The notes beneath the pieces were generated by a model. The model was not told the origin of the DNA. It saw nothing but the letters and a program-made list of their open reading frames with translations, and ran no database searches. The translations under genes were made by a program, and so were the position numbers. This document shows positions 53,509 to 62,841 of a stretch of DNA of 64,000 bases, piece by piece. This DNA is from a virus. The DNA is taken from positions 1 through 64,000 of the IMG/VR virus record IMGVR_UViG_3300045988_172839. One strand, given 5' to 3'. The first letter of the stretch is position 1. Every line of letters begins with the position of its first letter.

Positions 53509-54543
53509 TTACGAGTGAGCAAAGATTAAAACTCCCCCTTTACGTAAGACCTTACCTTGTCTCACTGCGGACTCAATCTCACTTGGGGAAAAATAACCTA
53601 ATGCTACTTGCTCTTGTACTCTCAAGTTTCTACGACAGTAAGACACAAAATCCTCATTGACCATGCGAACTGTTTTATCATTTGCTTGAATTTGGGTTTG
53701 AGGTTGAACCTGAGGTCTCTGCACAACCGATTGAGGTTTAACTACTGGTTTAGGTTGTAGAGTAGAAGCAACTTGCGGTCTTGGAATTGGGTTTGGTTCT
53801 TGAACCTTACGAGGTGCAACCTCTTGTTGGGATACCCTTAGTTGGGTTTGAGGAGGTTTTGCAACCTCTTTTTCCTTCGCCACGTAAGTCCAAGGTTCTC
53901 TTTTACCTACATAGTCTGAACGGAAAATTTCTTCTTTGAACTCTACTCTAGTTGGTTCACTCTCTAAATTGCTCTCAGAAGTCTCAGATTGACTCAGATT
54001 TGATTTTTCTTCTGAGGTTGATACTTTCTCCACTTCTGAACCAAGGTTGTTCAGAGACGATTTTGGAGTGTTTGAGAATGGGTCAGAAAACTCATCCTCT
54101 TCTGAAGGGTCTACTTCAAATTCACGCAACTCTAATTCTTGTTCATCATCAGAAGAACTGCTACTCAACCCTAAACTTGCAAAAGAAACTCCTTGTAATG
54201 GGTCTTGCTCTTCTTCCTCTTCTCTATTCTCTACTTCTTCTTTACTCTTCATAGAAGTCAACCAGTCTGAGTCTTTAAGACTTTCAAATCCCTCAAACAA
54301 AGACTCTAATTCAACAATCTCCTCTTCGGAACCTTCGGTGTCGAGAAGATACCGAGGACTCTCTTCTACAACCTCTGTCTTAATGCTTTCTCTTGAAACT
54401 GTAGGAAGAGGACGGAAGAGCGAAATTCTTTCAAATTCTCTCTTTTTAACCTCTTCATAAGTCTCATAAGAAGCCATTTTTCTAGCGTATACTTGCATTG
54501 CAAGCAGAAACCTAGAACTACTAATTGGATATGTAATTTCCAT
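53509..54543 (-). CDS. Hypothetical protein with acidic and P/Q-rich low-complexity regions
   Basis: 344-aa ORF. Confidence 0.5.
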   Translation of the reverse strand: MEITYPISSSRFLLAMQVYARKMASYETYEEVKKREFERISLFRPLPTVSRESIKTEVVEESPRYLLDTEGSEEEIVELESLFEGFESLKDSDWLTSMKSKEEVENREEEEEQDPLQGVSFASLGLSSSSSDDEQELELREFEVDPSEEDEFSDPFSNTPKSSLNNLGSEVEKVSTSEEKSNLSQSETSESNLESEPTRVEFKEEIFRSDYVGKREPWTYVAKEKEVAKPPQTQLRVSQQEVAPRKVQEPNPIPRPQVASTLQPKPVVKPQSVVQRPQVQPQTQIQANDKTVRMVNEDFVSYCRRNLRVQEQVALGYFSPSEIESAVRQGKVLRKGGVLIFAHS

Positions 54544-54579
54544 GTATATTTACAACTCCTAATCTTCTGCTTTATGCCT

Positions 54580-57069
54580 TTAAATGTCTCGAATAAAATC
54601 TACATTACTTAGGTTAGACTTAGGGAAACGCAAGGAGTCTTCCTCAGCGAAATCTGTGTCAGAAACAGAGATACCGAGTTTCCCTAGCGTTTTACTTGCT
54701 TGCTCATTCTTCAATCTTGTTACATAAGCTGAACTTGCACCCTCTTCTGGGTAAAGTTTTGTCCACATCTTCCGTTGTGTTTCATACAACTTATCCAAAC
54801 GCTCTTTGCCCCCATTCATACTCATAATGAGAGGAGCGTGACCGAACTTCGGTTCATCTGATCCAGCTAAAGTGTAAGCAAAGTCACCTGTGTTTGTAGT
54901 TGGGAAATCAATCAAGCGGTATGAGTCTTCCCAAATCGTTTTCTGAATCGGTTGACCTGCTTTAACCGCAAAGCGGTTCCCCACCATACGAGACGCCGTT
55001 TTAGGGAAGTAATCATTGTGCAGTTGGTGAGGCACGAAAATCAAGAAAATACCCACATTAGGGAAAGCAGTTAGAATTTCACTGAGGTAAGCCTTATAAG
55101 TTACTTTCTCATCTTTATCCAATTTCTCAGCAAATGAAATAATCTCATCCAATACTACAAACAAGTAAGGTAACTGCTCAGATTCATCAGAACAATTTGC
55201 ATTGTAGTTCTGAATTTTCAACTGGTCTCCAATCAAGCGTTTTCTTCGAGGAGCTTCCTCAGATACCACCCAATCAAGCAAGTCCATAATAGCTTTTGTA
55301 CCTGTTGCAAATCTACGCAAGTGAGGTAAGGTAATTTGGTACCAATCAGAGTCTTTGTTTTTCATATCTCCTGCAACGATTTGAACCTTACGAGGAGAGT
55401 TTAAAGCCATCATTTGGTTGACGATACCGGTGGCGAGGACAGATTTCCCTGTTCGAGCCATCCCTGCAATAATTGTACCTGTGTGTTTTGCCAAGTCAAG
55501 AAGAATAGGCTCACCATATTCATCAGCACCAAATACTACTGGGAGTTCATTCTTAGTATCTAAGAAGAAGTCTTTACTTGAAGCAATCAAGTCTCTCAAC
55601 ATAAAGGACGTACCTGTCTGTTTAAAGATAGTAATTGCAATGCGACTACCTTTACCAACCGCAGTTGTAGTTACATTTTCACCAAAGTAATCCTTCATTT
55701 GGTCTTTCAACAACTCAGTAATCTCTTTGGCAAAGAGTGTTTCTTTCCCTTTTAACTTCTCTGGACGGTCTGTAATAATTTCAAACACAGACACACGCTC
55801 TGTAATAGATTCAACGTTCACCCAATCCATCTCAGACAGACCTTTGACACCACCCGTTTGGGCGTCTCTGAGGAAAGTCTCTAATTGCTTAAACTCTACG
55901 CTATTCTTTGAAACTTCACGAGACCAATCAGGTTTTAAACTTGAACCATCCAAGATAGACAAGTATTTATCCAAAAGAAGACTTCGAGTTACTAATTCTG
56001 GCTCCACTAAACCACCTGCTAAATCAGAAGTGAAAGCACCTTCAGACACCTCTTCTAACTTAGGATGTTCTAACTCTTCTCTTGAATTAGAAGAATCCTC
56101 TTCTGTCTCTTCTTGGTTATCTTCATCTTCTAAGTCCTCTGAGTCATCTACAATACCCCAAATGTCTTTGGCGCTTGCGTTTTCTGAGGGGATACCCTTT
56201 GAGGGTTTAGGAAATTCCTCTTCCTCTAATTCATCAAATCGAGTCGGTTTTGGACGTTCCATCGGTTCAAAACCTTGTCTTTTGGGAAATGAGGGTACAT
56301 CTTCCTCATCATCCCAACCACCACTTGAACCAAAGTTTCTAAACTCGTTTGGTACTTCTCGTCTTGGTGGCTGTCCAAAACCACTCATAGGGTCGGAATT
56401 TGGTTCTCCAAACCCATCATCCATAAAGTTACTTGGCGCTCCAAACTCAGAAGGTTGAGGTGCTTGTGGGAGAACTTCTTCTTTTGGAGAGTCATCAACT
56501 AAACCCCACTCCTTATTTTGAGAGTTCTTATACAAGAACAAACCACCACTTATACCACCACCCACAAGCGAAATGAAGATACCGGGCGCAGTTGCAAATC
56601 TTGTAAATAAACCAAATAAGAAAGAGAACCCACCTACTGCTCCATAATATAAAAGCGCAGCAGTTAACCCTTTTCTAAGCTTGTAGTCGCTCTTAAACAT
56701 ATCATCTGACTCAGACAAGACAGGCCAAACATAAGAAGACAAGTGTTTCCATAAACCTGTGACAACCTTGAAAATCTTATCCATCCAATCTTCATGTTGA
56801 CTCAAATGTTGTGGAGGTTGATTTTGTTGTGGAAAACCTTGTGGTTGACCAAAAGGTGGTCTTTGCGGTAAACCACCACCTACTCTATTTGCAAACGGAT
56901 CAGGTCGTACCCCTCTCATGCGAGCTAAAGGGTCGCCACCAGGACCTTGGCGCATACCACCAAAACCCCCTCGGTCTCCTGAAATACCATTTTCAAAGCG
57001 TTGATTTTCTCGCTCTCTGCGAGCATCAGACTGCCTTGTTAAATCATCATTTGAATTTCTCCAATCCAT
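54580..57069 (-). CDS. FtsK/SpoIIIE-family membrane DNA translocase (TcpA/T4 coupling-protein-like)
   Basis: 829 aa. The N-terminus is G/P/Q-rich, followed by two TM segments and an acidic linker. Walker A is IIAGMARTGKSV and Walker B is YLFVVLDEI. I recognised no clear FtsK gamma (winged-helix) domain. Confidence 0.8.
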   Translation of the reverse strand: MDWRNSNDDLTRQSDARRERENQRFENGISGDRGGFGGMRQGPGGDPLARMRGVRPDPFANRVGGGLPQRPPFGQPQGFPQQNQPPQHLSQHEDWMDKIFKVVTGLWKHLSSYVWPVLSESDDMFKSDYKLRKGLTAALLYYGAVGGFSFLFGLFTRFATAPGIFISLVGGGISGGLFLYKNSQNKEWGLVDDSPKEEVLPQAPQPSEFGAPSNFMDDGFGEPNSDPMSGFGQPPRREVPNEFRNFGSSGGWDDEEDVPSFPKRQGFEPMERPKPTRFDELEEEEFPKPSKGIPSENASAKDIWGIVDDSEDLEDEDNQEETEEDSSNSREELEHPKLEEVSEGAFTSDLAGGLVEPELVTRSLLLDKYLSILDGSSLKPDWSREVSKNSVEFKQLETFLRDAQTGGVKGLSEMDWVNVESITERVSVFEIITDRPEKLKGKETLFAKEITELLKDQMKDYFGENVTTTAVGKGSRIAITIFKQTGTSFMLRDLIASSKDFFLDTKNELPVVFGADEYGEPILLDLAKHTGTIIAGMARTGKSVLATGIVNQMMALNSPRKVQIVAGDMKNKDSDWYQITLPHLRRFATGTKAIMDLLDWVVSEEAPRRKRLIGDQLKIQNYNANCSDESEQLPYLFVVLDEIISFAEKLDKDEKVTYKAYLSEILTAFPNVGIFLIFVPHQLHNDYFPKTASRMVGNRFAVKAGQPIQKTIWEDSYRLIDFPTTNTGDFAYTLAGSDEPKFGHAPLIMSMNGGKERLDKLYETQRKMWTKLYPEEGASSAYVTRLKNEQASKTLGKLGISVSDTDFAEEDSLRFPKSNLSNVDFIRDI

Positions 57070-57242
57070 TAGTGTCTACCCCCTAACGTTGCTGCAAGGA
57101 CTACTAACACATAGACCACACCTACTCCAATTACGAGGAAACGACTTTTCTTAACTTCCTCTTTCAAGTTCTCAGAGGTTATGGAGTTCGCAACTCCCCA
57201 TAGAATACCCCCTAAAAAGAGAATTAAACTTAATAAAATCAT
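57069..57242 (-). CDS. Small two-TM membrane protein (57 aa, absent from the ORF track)
   Basis: ATG at 57242 lies 7 nt after AGGTGA. The protein is MILLSLILFLGGILWGVANSITSENLKEEVKKSRFLVIGVGVVYVLVVLAATLGGRH. Its stop codon overlaps the FtsK-like start as TAATG. Confidence 0.55.
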   Translation of the reverse strand: MILLSLILFLGGILWGVANSITSENLKEEVKKSRFLVIGVGVVYVLVVLAATLGGRH

Positions 57243-57263
57243 ATTCTAATCACCTAAACTATC

Positions 57264-59444
57264 TTACTGTTTGTCTTGTGCAATGACACCAGTTCTAAAG
57301 AGCGGTGTATCACTAATCACTCTTGGAATATCCGCTTTTACAACTGCAGACTCCCCAGAGTTCAACTTCAAGACAAAGGCTTTCTTATAAGGTTCTGCGT
57401 GTACTTGGTCATAACCAGCTACCAAACCTTCATCTTCTTCAATAACCGCACCAATCTCAGCTAATTCATCTGCCAAGTCTGTAATACCGAGAGCTTTACA
57501 TACAATCTCTTGGTAAACTGGAGATTTAATTTTACCTACCATAGCAAGTGTGTAGTTAGCAAACAAAGAGAACTCATCTTTTTCAACTAACTTAACTGGG
57601 TCATTGGAAGCGACAATGTTAATATCACCTGCTTTACGACCCCCTGTGATTGGAGTTTTCAAAATCTCTACTGCATTTGGGAGAGAACTGAAACGTTGCA
57701 ACTCTTCCCAAATCTTCACATTATAAAGACCACGAGAGAAAGGATACACTGTACGGTAGTAAGCTACAGTTGCAGCGTTCATAGGAATGAGAATAGCGTC
57801 CAATTCAGACAACTGACTTTCTGGAACCCCTCTCATATTGTAGTCACAAATAACTAATTTCGCATCAATAATGTCTTTCAAGTACACTGGGTATTTAAAG
57901 TAGTTATTCAACTTCTTACTTGGTTCAAAGTAAGAACCAAATGTTTCCAAGAAATAAATATAATCTCTCTGGAAGTCTTTCAAAGCGGACTTATACAACT
58001 CTTTAATATCATCTTCAGTTAAAATCTGTTTATCTTCTTCCGTAATCGAACTCAACACATCTTCTAAGTTCGGACGGTATTTTTTCAAGTAGTTATAAAC
58101 CGTATAAATGGAGCAACCATCGAGGGCGTACCATGTTGTTGGGTCGATAGATACCCCGTATTCACTGTAGAATAAATCGACTCCACGCTCGATAATCAAC
58201 GGAATCCAAGCATATTTCTTCAAAGTCTCTGCCCCTGCTACCGCTCTAAACAAGTCAATAATGTTCTTACGAGAGCGAGTAAACAAGGTGTTATCCATCT
58301 CTTCATCACCTGTAGGTACAATCGGAACTGGGTCGAGGTAGCGACCTGAACCCATACCTAAGTCCAAGGAAACGACTTGGAAATCTTTCTCCAGCAAGGT
58401 TCCGAGACCCTTGTATTCCCCACCTTCATAGTCGTTAATGGTCATAATCATGCTGTCATTGGCTGCAAACTGGGTAGCCAACAACTTCATTTCAAAGGAC
58501 TTACCTGAACCAGACATACCAATAACAATAACAATTTCAGCGTCTGTTACGTCACGTTTAAATTGGTGGAAAACAGGAGAGTGCGTTTCAATATTGGTAC
58601 CTAAGTAAGTTGTACCAAAACCTACTACCCCTTGCTCAAATGGGTGCCATTGCGCTCTCAATTCATCTGAGGTAAAGGTTGAGCGAATTTTACGCTTGCT
58701 CTCTTTAGACATCTCAGAGTTAAAGGGAGAGAAATCACCCACCGTATCTGCAATGATACCGGTGACTCGGCGGACTTGCATTCCTGTTCTATGAGAACAC
58801 ATGTGTTCAAAGTCTTTTAGAACATCTGTAAACTCAGGTCCTCTATGTCCTGTTATGATAATCATTACTCGAACTTTATACAAGTAACGCTTATCTTGGT
58901 CACTTAAAGTCGCATCATTTGCGTATTCTACTGAAAGTGACAAACGCTCATCTTTTTGAGCCGTCTTCACATATTTGTGTTGAGTGAATCTTGAACCTTT
59001 GCTAGACTCCTCTTGGTTTTTCGCACTTACTTCATCCAAGACAGACAAACGAGTTTTAACTTTAGGATCGTCCCAGTTAATTTCAAAAGGCTCATTTGAC
59101 TCAATGAAGTTCATGGAAATTCCTTCTGGTACAATGGAGCGCAAAGTTGCTCGATACCCCATCTCAAACTCTGGTGGTAGCTCATCAATAACGTAATAAG
59201 CCGTTACATTTTGAGTTCCACTATAAGTAAAGTTCGAGTCCATATACAAACGTCTACTTGAAGCTAACGCTCTCTCTGGGTTGTAACGTGAACGGTACTC
59301 ATCATACACCGAATCCCACATTTTAATCAAGTCTATGTACTTATCAAGAAATCCTTTACGCTTTTCTTGATTTTCTTGTGTTTTTTGGTTTTCTAACGAA
59401 CTCTTAGAAAGGCTCGTTACTTTGTTTTCTTTTTTCTTAGACAT
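57264..59444 (-). CDS. VirB4/TraC-like (AAA_10-type) secretion or transfer ATPase
   Basis: 726 aa. Walker A is IVIVIGMSGSGKSFE, at about residue 310. The Walker B-like motif is VKIWEELQRF, compare the VirB4 hhhDEAW pattern. Size and motif spacing fit Gram-positive VirB4 homologues. Confidence 0.6.
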   Translation of the reverse strand: MSKKKENKVTSLSKSSLENQKTQENQEKRKGFLDKYIDLIKMWDSVYDEYRSRYNPERALASSRRLYMDSNFTYSGTQNVTAYYVIDELPPEFEMGYRATLRSIVPEGISMNFIESNEPFEINWDDPKVKTRLSVLDEVSAKNQEESSKGSRFTQHKYVKTAQKDERLSLSVEYANDATLSDQDKRYLYKVRVMIIITGHRGPEFTDVLKDFEHMCSHRTGMQVRRVTGIIADTVGDFSPFNSEMSKESKRKIRSTFTSDELRAQWHPFEQGVVGFGTTYLGTNIETHSPVFHQFKRDVTDAEIVIVIGMSGSGKSFEMKLLATQFAANDSMIMTINDYEGGEYKGLGTLLEKDFQVVSLDLGMGSGRYLDPVPIVPTGDEEMDNTLFTRSRKNIIDLFRAVAGAETLKKYAWIPLIIERGVDLFYSEYGVSIDPTTWYALDGCSIYTVYNYLKKYRPNLEDVLSSITEEDKQILTEDDIKELYKSALKDFQRDYIYFLETFGSYFEPSKKLNNYFKYPVYLKDIIDAKLVICDYNMRGVPESQLSELDAILIPMNAATVAYYRTVYPFSRGLYNVKIWEELQRFSSLPNAVEILKTPITGGRKAGDINIVASNDPVKLVEKDEFSLFANYTLAMVGKIKSPVYQEIVCKALGITDLADELAEIGAVIEEDEGLVAGYDQVHAEPYKKAFVLKLNSGESAVVKADIPRVISDTPLFRTGVIAQDKQ

Positions 59445-59499
59445 TTACACTTCACCATTCTAAACTAATAACTCAAATTACAGTTCTCTAATTTCTTAA

Positions 59500-59660
59500 C
59501 AAAATTAAAGTTTCCAACATAAGTTGTTTCTCACCTTACTCTTGCGCAGTGTACTGCGCAAGAGTCGGAGTTGAGGCGACTGCGACTACCCTCTATACAA
59601 TCCAAGACTTAGTTAGTCTCATCATGTTTTACTTTTTATACTTTAAAGAAGTTTAACTAA
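59500..59660 (-). ncRNA. Candidate TnpB guide-scaffold (omega/reRNA) region at the tnpB-proximal IS end
   Basis: A perfect 12-bp GC-rich hairpin ACTCTTGCGCAG-tgta-CTGCGCAAGAGT lies at 59538-59565 with no following U-tract. A second hairpin, AGACT-aacta-AGTCT, is nearby. The region sits immediately 3' of tnpB, where omega-RNAs are encoded. Confidence 0.4.
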
Positions 59661-60869
59661 TTGAGGATTTACCATAAATTGAACCAACGTTTGATGTAGC
59701 TCATTAGTATACAAACCCAATTTAGTTAAATACTTGCGACCAATATTTAAAGAACCATTAACATCAGCATTGATAAGGATACCGCTTGAGGTTTTAAACA
59801 AACCGCGTTTAACACGTTTTCCTTTATATTTTTCATGGTGTTCTACAGACTCTTCATCTAAAAAGCTACACTTACTCGTATGAGACTCATCAATTAAAAT
59901 AAACTTAATACCCTTAAGTTGACACTTATACTGTAACTGAGCAATTAGTTGTGTAAACGGAATTTGAACGAAGTTTTGATTTGTTACTTTACCTAAGTTA
60001 ATGTCTTGTTTCTGCCCAATATTGTGTCCAAAAATGACAGTATCAATATTGTGCGAATCTAAATGATTCACTAACTGGGTAGTTATCTTATGTAACATGT
60101 CAGTTATTCGTCTTGCTCGTTTATTATAAACAGACTGCAAAAGAGGAGATGTGTATAAACCTCGCGCACTTAATTTACTTTTCAATTTAGCTATTTCTTT
60201 ATTAGCTAATTGATTCATTGATTTTAAAGGTCTTCCGTTGACTAAGATAGGATTAAAGCAATTACTTGTAATTGTCATTAAATTATTTAAACCTGGATCG
60301 ATAAAAGCTACTCCTTTAGGTAACTCAGAGCGCAAGGGTTTACTTACAACTCTATATAAAATTTCAATCACATAATGGTTCCCTTTAGGTACAATACGAG
60401 CGCCTTGTATGTCTTCTTTAGGTATATTAGTTTTTACGGTAATTGAAGTTTTAGAAAGTTTTACATAACCTTCAACTTTTAAACTTAACGCGTCTTTAGG
60501 ATACGGAACTGTACATCTACCTTCAGTTTTATCCAAGTAATTTGGTAAGTTAATCTTAGATGAATAACCTTCTGTAGTTTTCTTCTTAACTAAAGCGAAA
60601 TAAGACTTAAAATTCTTATCTACCAACATCTGCACTTGTTTAGAAACTTTAGCAGGTAAAGCTCTGTAGTCTGGTTGATTCGTATGAGTAAACTCTCTAT
60701 TTACTGCGTAGTAGTTCTGAAAATCAGATTCAAAGAAACTCTGCCTTTGGTAGTACAAAGTAGAATTATATAAGTTCTTTGCTAGAAAAGATAAGTTATC
60801 ACACTCTGAAAATAAAGGATTATTAGGTTTTACAATATGGCGCTCACATAAAATTAAAATTTCACTCAC
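59643..60869 (-). CDS. tnpB: TnpB (RuvC-type RNA-guided nuclease, OrfB_IS605/IS607 type)
   Basis: 408 aa. RuvC-I is AFIDPGLNNLMT, RuvC-II is LIDESHTSKCS and RuvC-III is INADVNGSLNIGRKY. It carries the KRGLF variant in place of a full Zn finger. Confidence 0.85.
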   Translation of the reverse strand: MSEILILCERHIVKPNNPLFSECDNLSFLAKNLYNSTLYYQRQSFFESDFQNYYAVNREFTHTNQPDYRALPAKVSKQVQMLVDKNFKSYFALVKKKTTEGYSSKINLPNYLDKTEGRCTVPYPKDALSLKVEGYVKLSKTSITVKTNIPKEDIQGARIVPKGNHYVIEILYRVVSKPLRSELPKGVAFIDPGLNNLMTITSNCFNPILVNGRPLKSMNQLANKEIAKLKSKLSARGLYTSPLLQSVYNKRARRITDMLHKITTQLVNHLDSHNIDTVIFGHNIGQKQDINLGKVTNQNFVQIPFTQLIAQLQYKCQLKGIKFILIDESHTSKCSFLDEESVEHHEKYKGKRVKRGLFKTSSGILINADVNGSLNIGRKYLTKLGLYTNELHQTLVQFMVNPQLVKLL

Positions 60870-61509
60870 TTTGAATCTCCTTTTTAATCTTATGTCTTAA
60901 ACCATATAATTTACCTGAAAATGAATGAATCAGTGCAATTATATCTTCAGCAAGTTCTTCAGATTGACTTTTACTCTCTGTTTCATTAGAAACAACAATA
61001 ATGGAAACCCCATGGAAATCGCAGATTTTCTCTAAGTAATGATACCCGAATCTTGTTAGTCGGTCTTTATAGAGAATATAAAGTCGATTTACTTTTCCTT
61101 CTTGAATTAAATCTATTAAGGAAAGCAATCCTTTACGATTATCATTTAACCCTGACCCTACATCTGTTTTGACAAGTAAGTTATTGACGTTTTGCTCAAT
61201 CGCAAACAACTTTACTTTATCTACTTGTCTTTCTAAATCTCCACGCTCTGCTTGTTTATGTGTAGATACACGAGCGTAAATGACATCAGACTTAGTTGTA
61301 GACCTATCCTCATAAAGCATGTTTTGTTTGTCTAAATAAGCGCAAACATCAGTAGCTAATACACGTCTATGTCCTGACTCCGTCTTATGATAAGGTATCA
61401 ATCCAAGTTTACAATACCGAATTACTGTAGGTATAGTTACCCCTAATAACTTAGCTACTTCACCTGTTTTATAAGTTGACTTCTTTAAAATTTCAGACTT
61501 CTTATACAA
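60862..61509 (-). CDS. tnpA: IS607-type serine recombinase TnpA (MerR-like HTH plus resolvase catalytic domain)
   Basis: The HTH is YKTGEVAKLLGVTIPTVIRY. The catalytic motif is VIYARVSTHKQAERGDLERQ. The track starts at GTG 61548, but TTG 61509 lies 7 nt after AAAGGAGG and is the likelier start. Confidence 0.85.
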   Translation of the reverse strand: MYKKSEILKKSTYKTGEVAKLLGVTIPTVIRYCKLGLIPYHKTESGHRRVLATDVCAYLDKQNMLYEDRSTTKSDVIYARVSTHKQAERGDLERQVDKVKLFAIEQNVNNLLVKTDVGSGLNDNRKGLLSLIDLIQEGKVNRLYILYKDRLTRFGYHYLEKICDFHGVSIIVVSNETESKSQSEELAEDIIALIHSFSGKLYGLRHKIKKEIQSE

Positions 61510-61596
61510 AAAGACACCTCCTTTCTTATTACAACTAAAGTGTAACACAAAAAGGTATATGTATCAAGTTTAGTATTAAAATTTTTAAAAATTTTG

Positions 61597-62826
61597 TTAG
61601 AAATTTAAGTTATTTGTAATCTGTTGGAAACACAACTCAGTTAAGCGTTTCATAATCGATTCAAAAGCGCTACGTTGTTGCAATTTACGAGACTCTTTAT
61701 CTGTTGCGTAGCTTTCAATCAAAGCGAGGATACCGAGTTGAGATTGTTCTCCATTATCATTCACAATCGTCTCTTCTGAGTTCAACCCTAAATCTCTCAT
61801 CAGTCTTCGACTTGAAACACTGTAAACCGTTGTAATCCCTCTACCTGAAACCGCTGCAGTGCGCTTATACGTTCTATCCAAAATCACATACAAGTCAATT
61901 CCGGGACTCATTAAAGCACTCATAACACTTGTAGTTGGAGTTGTTGTGTACATCTCAGACAACAAGTACAACTTAGAAGCTTCACGTGTGATATTACTAG
62001 AGTCTACCTTGCGTAAAGACTTGTAACGAGCATCTACATAATCAGTAGCTTGGTCTATTACAATCAATTTTGCTTGTATCTCTGGCACTTTCGCTAACCA
62101 ATCAATATAAGCCGACAAAAATGAGGTCAGATACCGAGTGGGAGCTTGCTCCCTAATCAACAAGACCTTTGAGTTACCTGTGTAACTATACTGAGTGTAA
62201 GTGTTAATAGAACCAAATCCACCAAATGAAGAAGTTTTTAAGTTATTGATTTCATCTTCTTGTTTTGACAACTGCTCCTCTGCAATTTTCAAGCGACTTG
62301 AAGCAGTTAAGAGAAAAGCTTGTAATTCCTCATTCAACTCTGCTGAGAACACAACTTCCTGTAAGACATCACTCAACTGCTCATAAGCCATTGAAATTTT
62401 ACGCTCTAACAGTTTTGGTTCATCTGCTAATTCCCCTCGAATGTATTCATCAACCAAAGTGAAACTATCCGCTAACTGAGTTAATTCATCTGTTTGATTG
62501 TCCATCTCTCGACTTGACATAAACTCTAGCAAATCAGAAAAACCCTCAGTATTATCTAACAAGGAACTATCTTGAATAACATAAGCTCCTACTGTTTTCA
62601 TCGTCTCTAAAACGATACGAGAGGGAGTTTCAGTTATATAAGCAATCTTAGTTAAAGAGTTGTCTCTCATAGCATTTAAAATAAACACTAAGAAGTCAAA
62701 GTCTTTATCTGTGTACGACTCAATAATGAGAGTCGTTTTCATAGTAATCCGTTCTATCTGTTTAATACTAGAAACAGTGGTACAACTAGGATACCGAACG
62801 TTTTTTGTTGTTAAAATGTAGTCCAT
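61597..62826 (-). CDS. Hypothetical protein
   Basis: 409-aa ORF with a central coiled-coil-like segment. Confidence 0.55.
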   Translation of the reverse strand: MDYILTTKNVRYPSCTTVSSIKQIERITMKTTLIIESYTDKDFDFLVFILNAMRDNSLTKIAYITETPSRIVLETMKTVGAYVIQDSSLLDNTEGFSDLLEFMSSREMDNQTDELTQLADSFTLVDEYIRGELADEPKLLERKISMAYEQLSDVLQEVVFSAELNEELQAFLLTASSRLKIAEEQLSKQEDEINNLKTSSFGGFGSINTYTQYSYTGNSKVLLIREQAPTRYLTSFLSAYIDWLAKVPEIQAKLIVIDQATDYVDARYKSLRKVDSSNITREASKLYLLSEMYTTTPTTSVMSALMSPGIDLYVILDRTYKRTAAVSGRGITTVYSVSSRRLMRDLGLNSEETIVNDNGEQSQLGILALIESYATDKESRKLQQRSAFESIMKRLTELCFQQITNNLNF

Positions 62827-62841
62827 GTTTTATCAAACCAC

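Larger units (their letters stand above)
59480..61596 (-). mobile_element. IS607-family insertion sequence (tnpA serine recombinase plus tnpB); ends approximate
   Basis: tnpA and tnpB overlap (GTGAGTGA), which is typical of IS607. The element fills the gap between the VirB4-like gene and 61597..62826. It has its own promoter, TTGATA-17-TACACT. I could not map the exact ends. Confidence 0.7.

Noticed and set aside
54047-56458. Plus-strand ORFs 54047..54460 and 55727..56458 (137 and 243 aa, Ser-rich)
   Set aside because: They are antisense to acidic low-complexity linkers of 53509..54543 and of the FtsK-like gene. There are no start signals, and the composition explains the open frames.
57264-59444. 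VirB4-like ATPase as a large terminase
   Set aside because: The Walker A motif lies ~310 residues from the N-terminus, and a DEAW-like Walker B (IWEEL) lies near the C-terminal third. I recognised no C-terminal RNase H-like nuclease motifs. The gene is coupled to an FtsK-like membrane protein rather than to a portal or small terminase gene.
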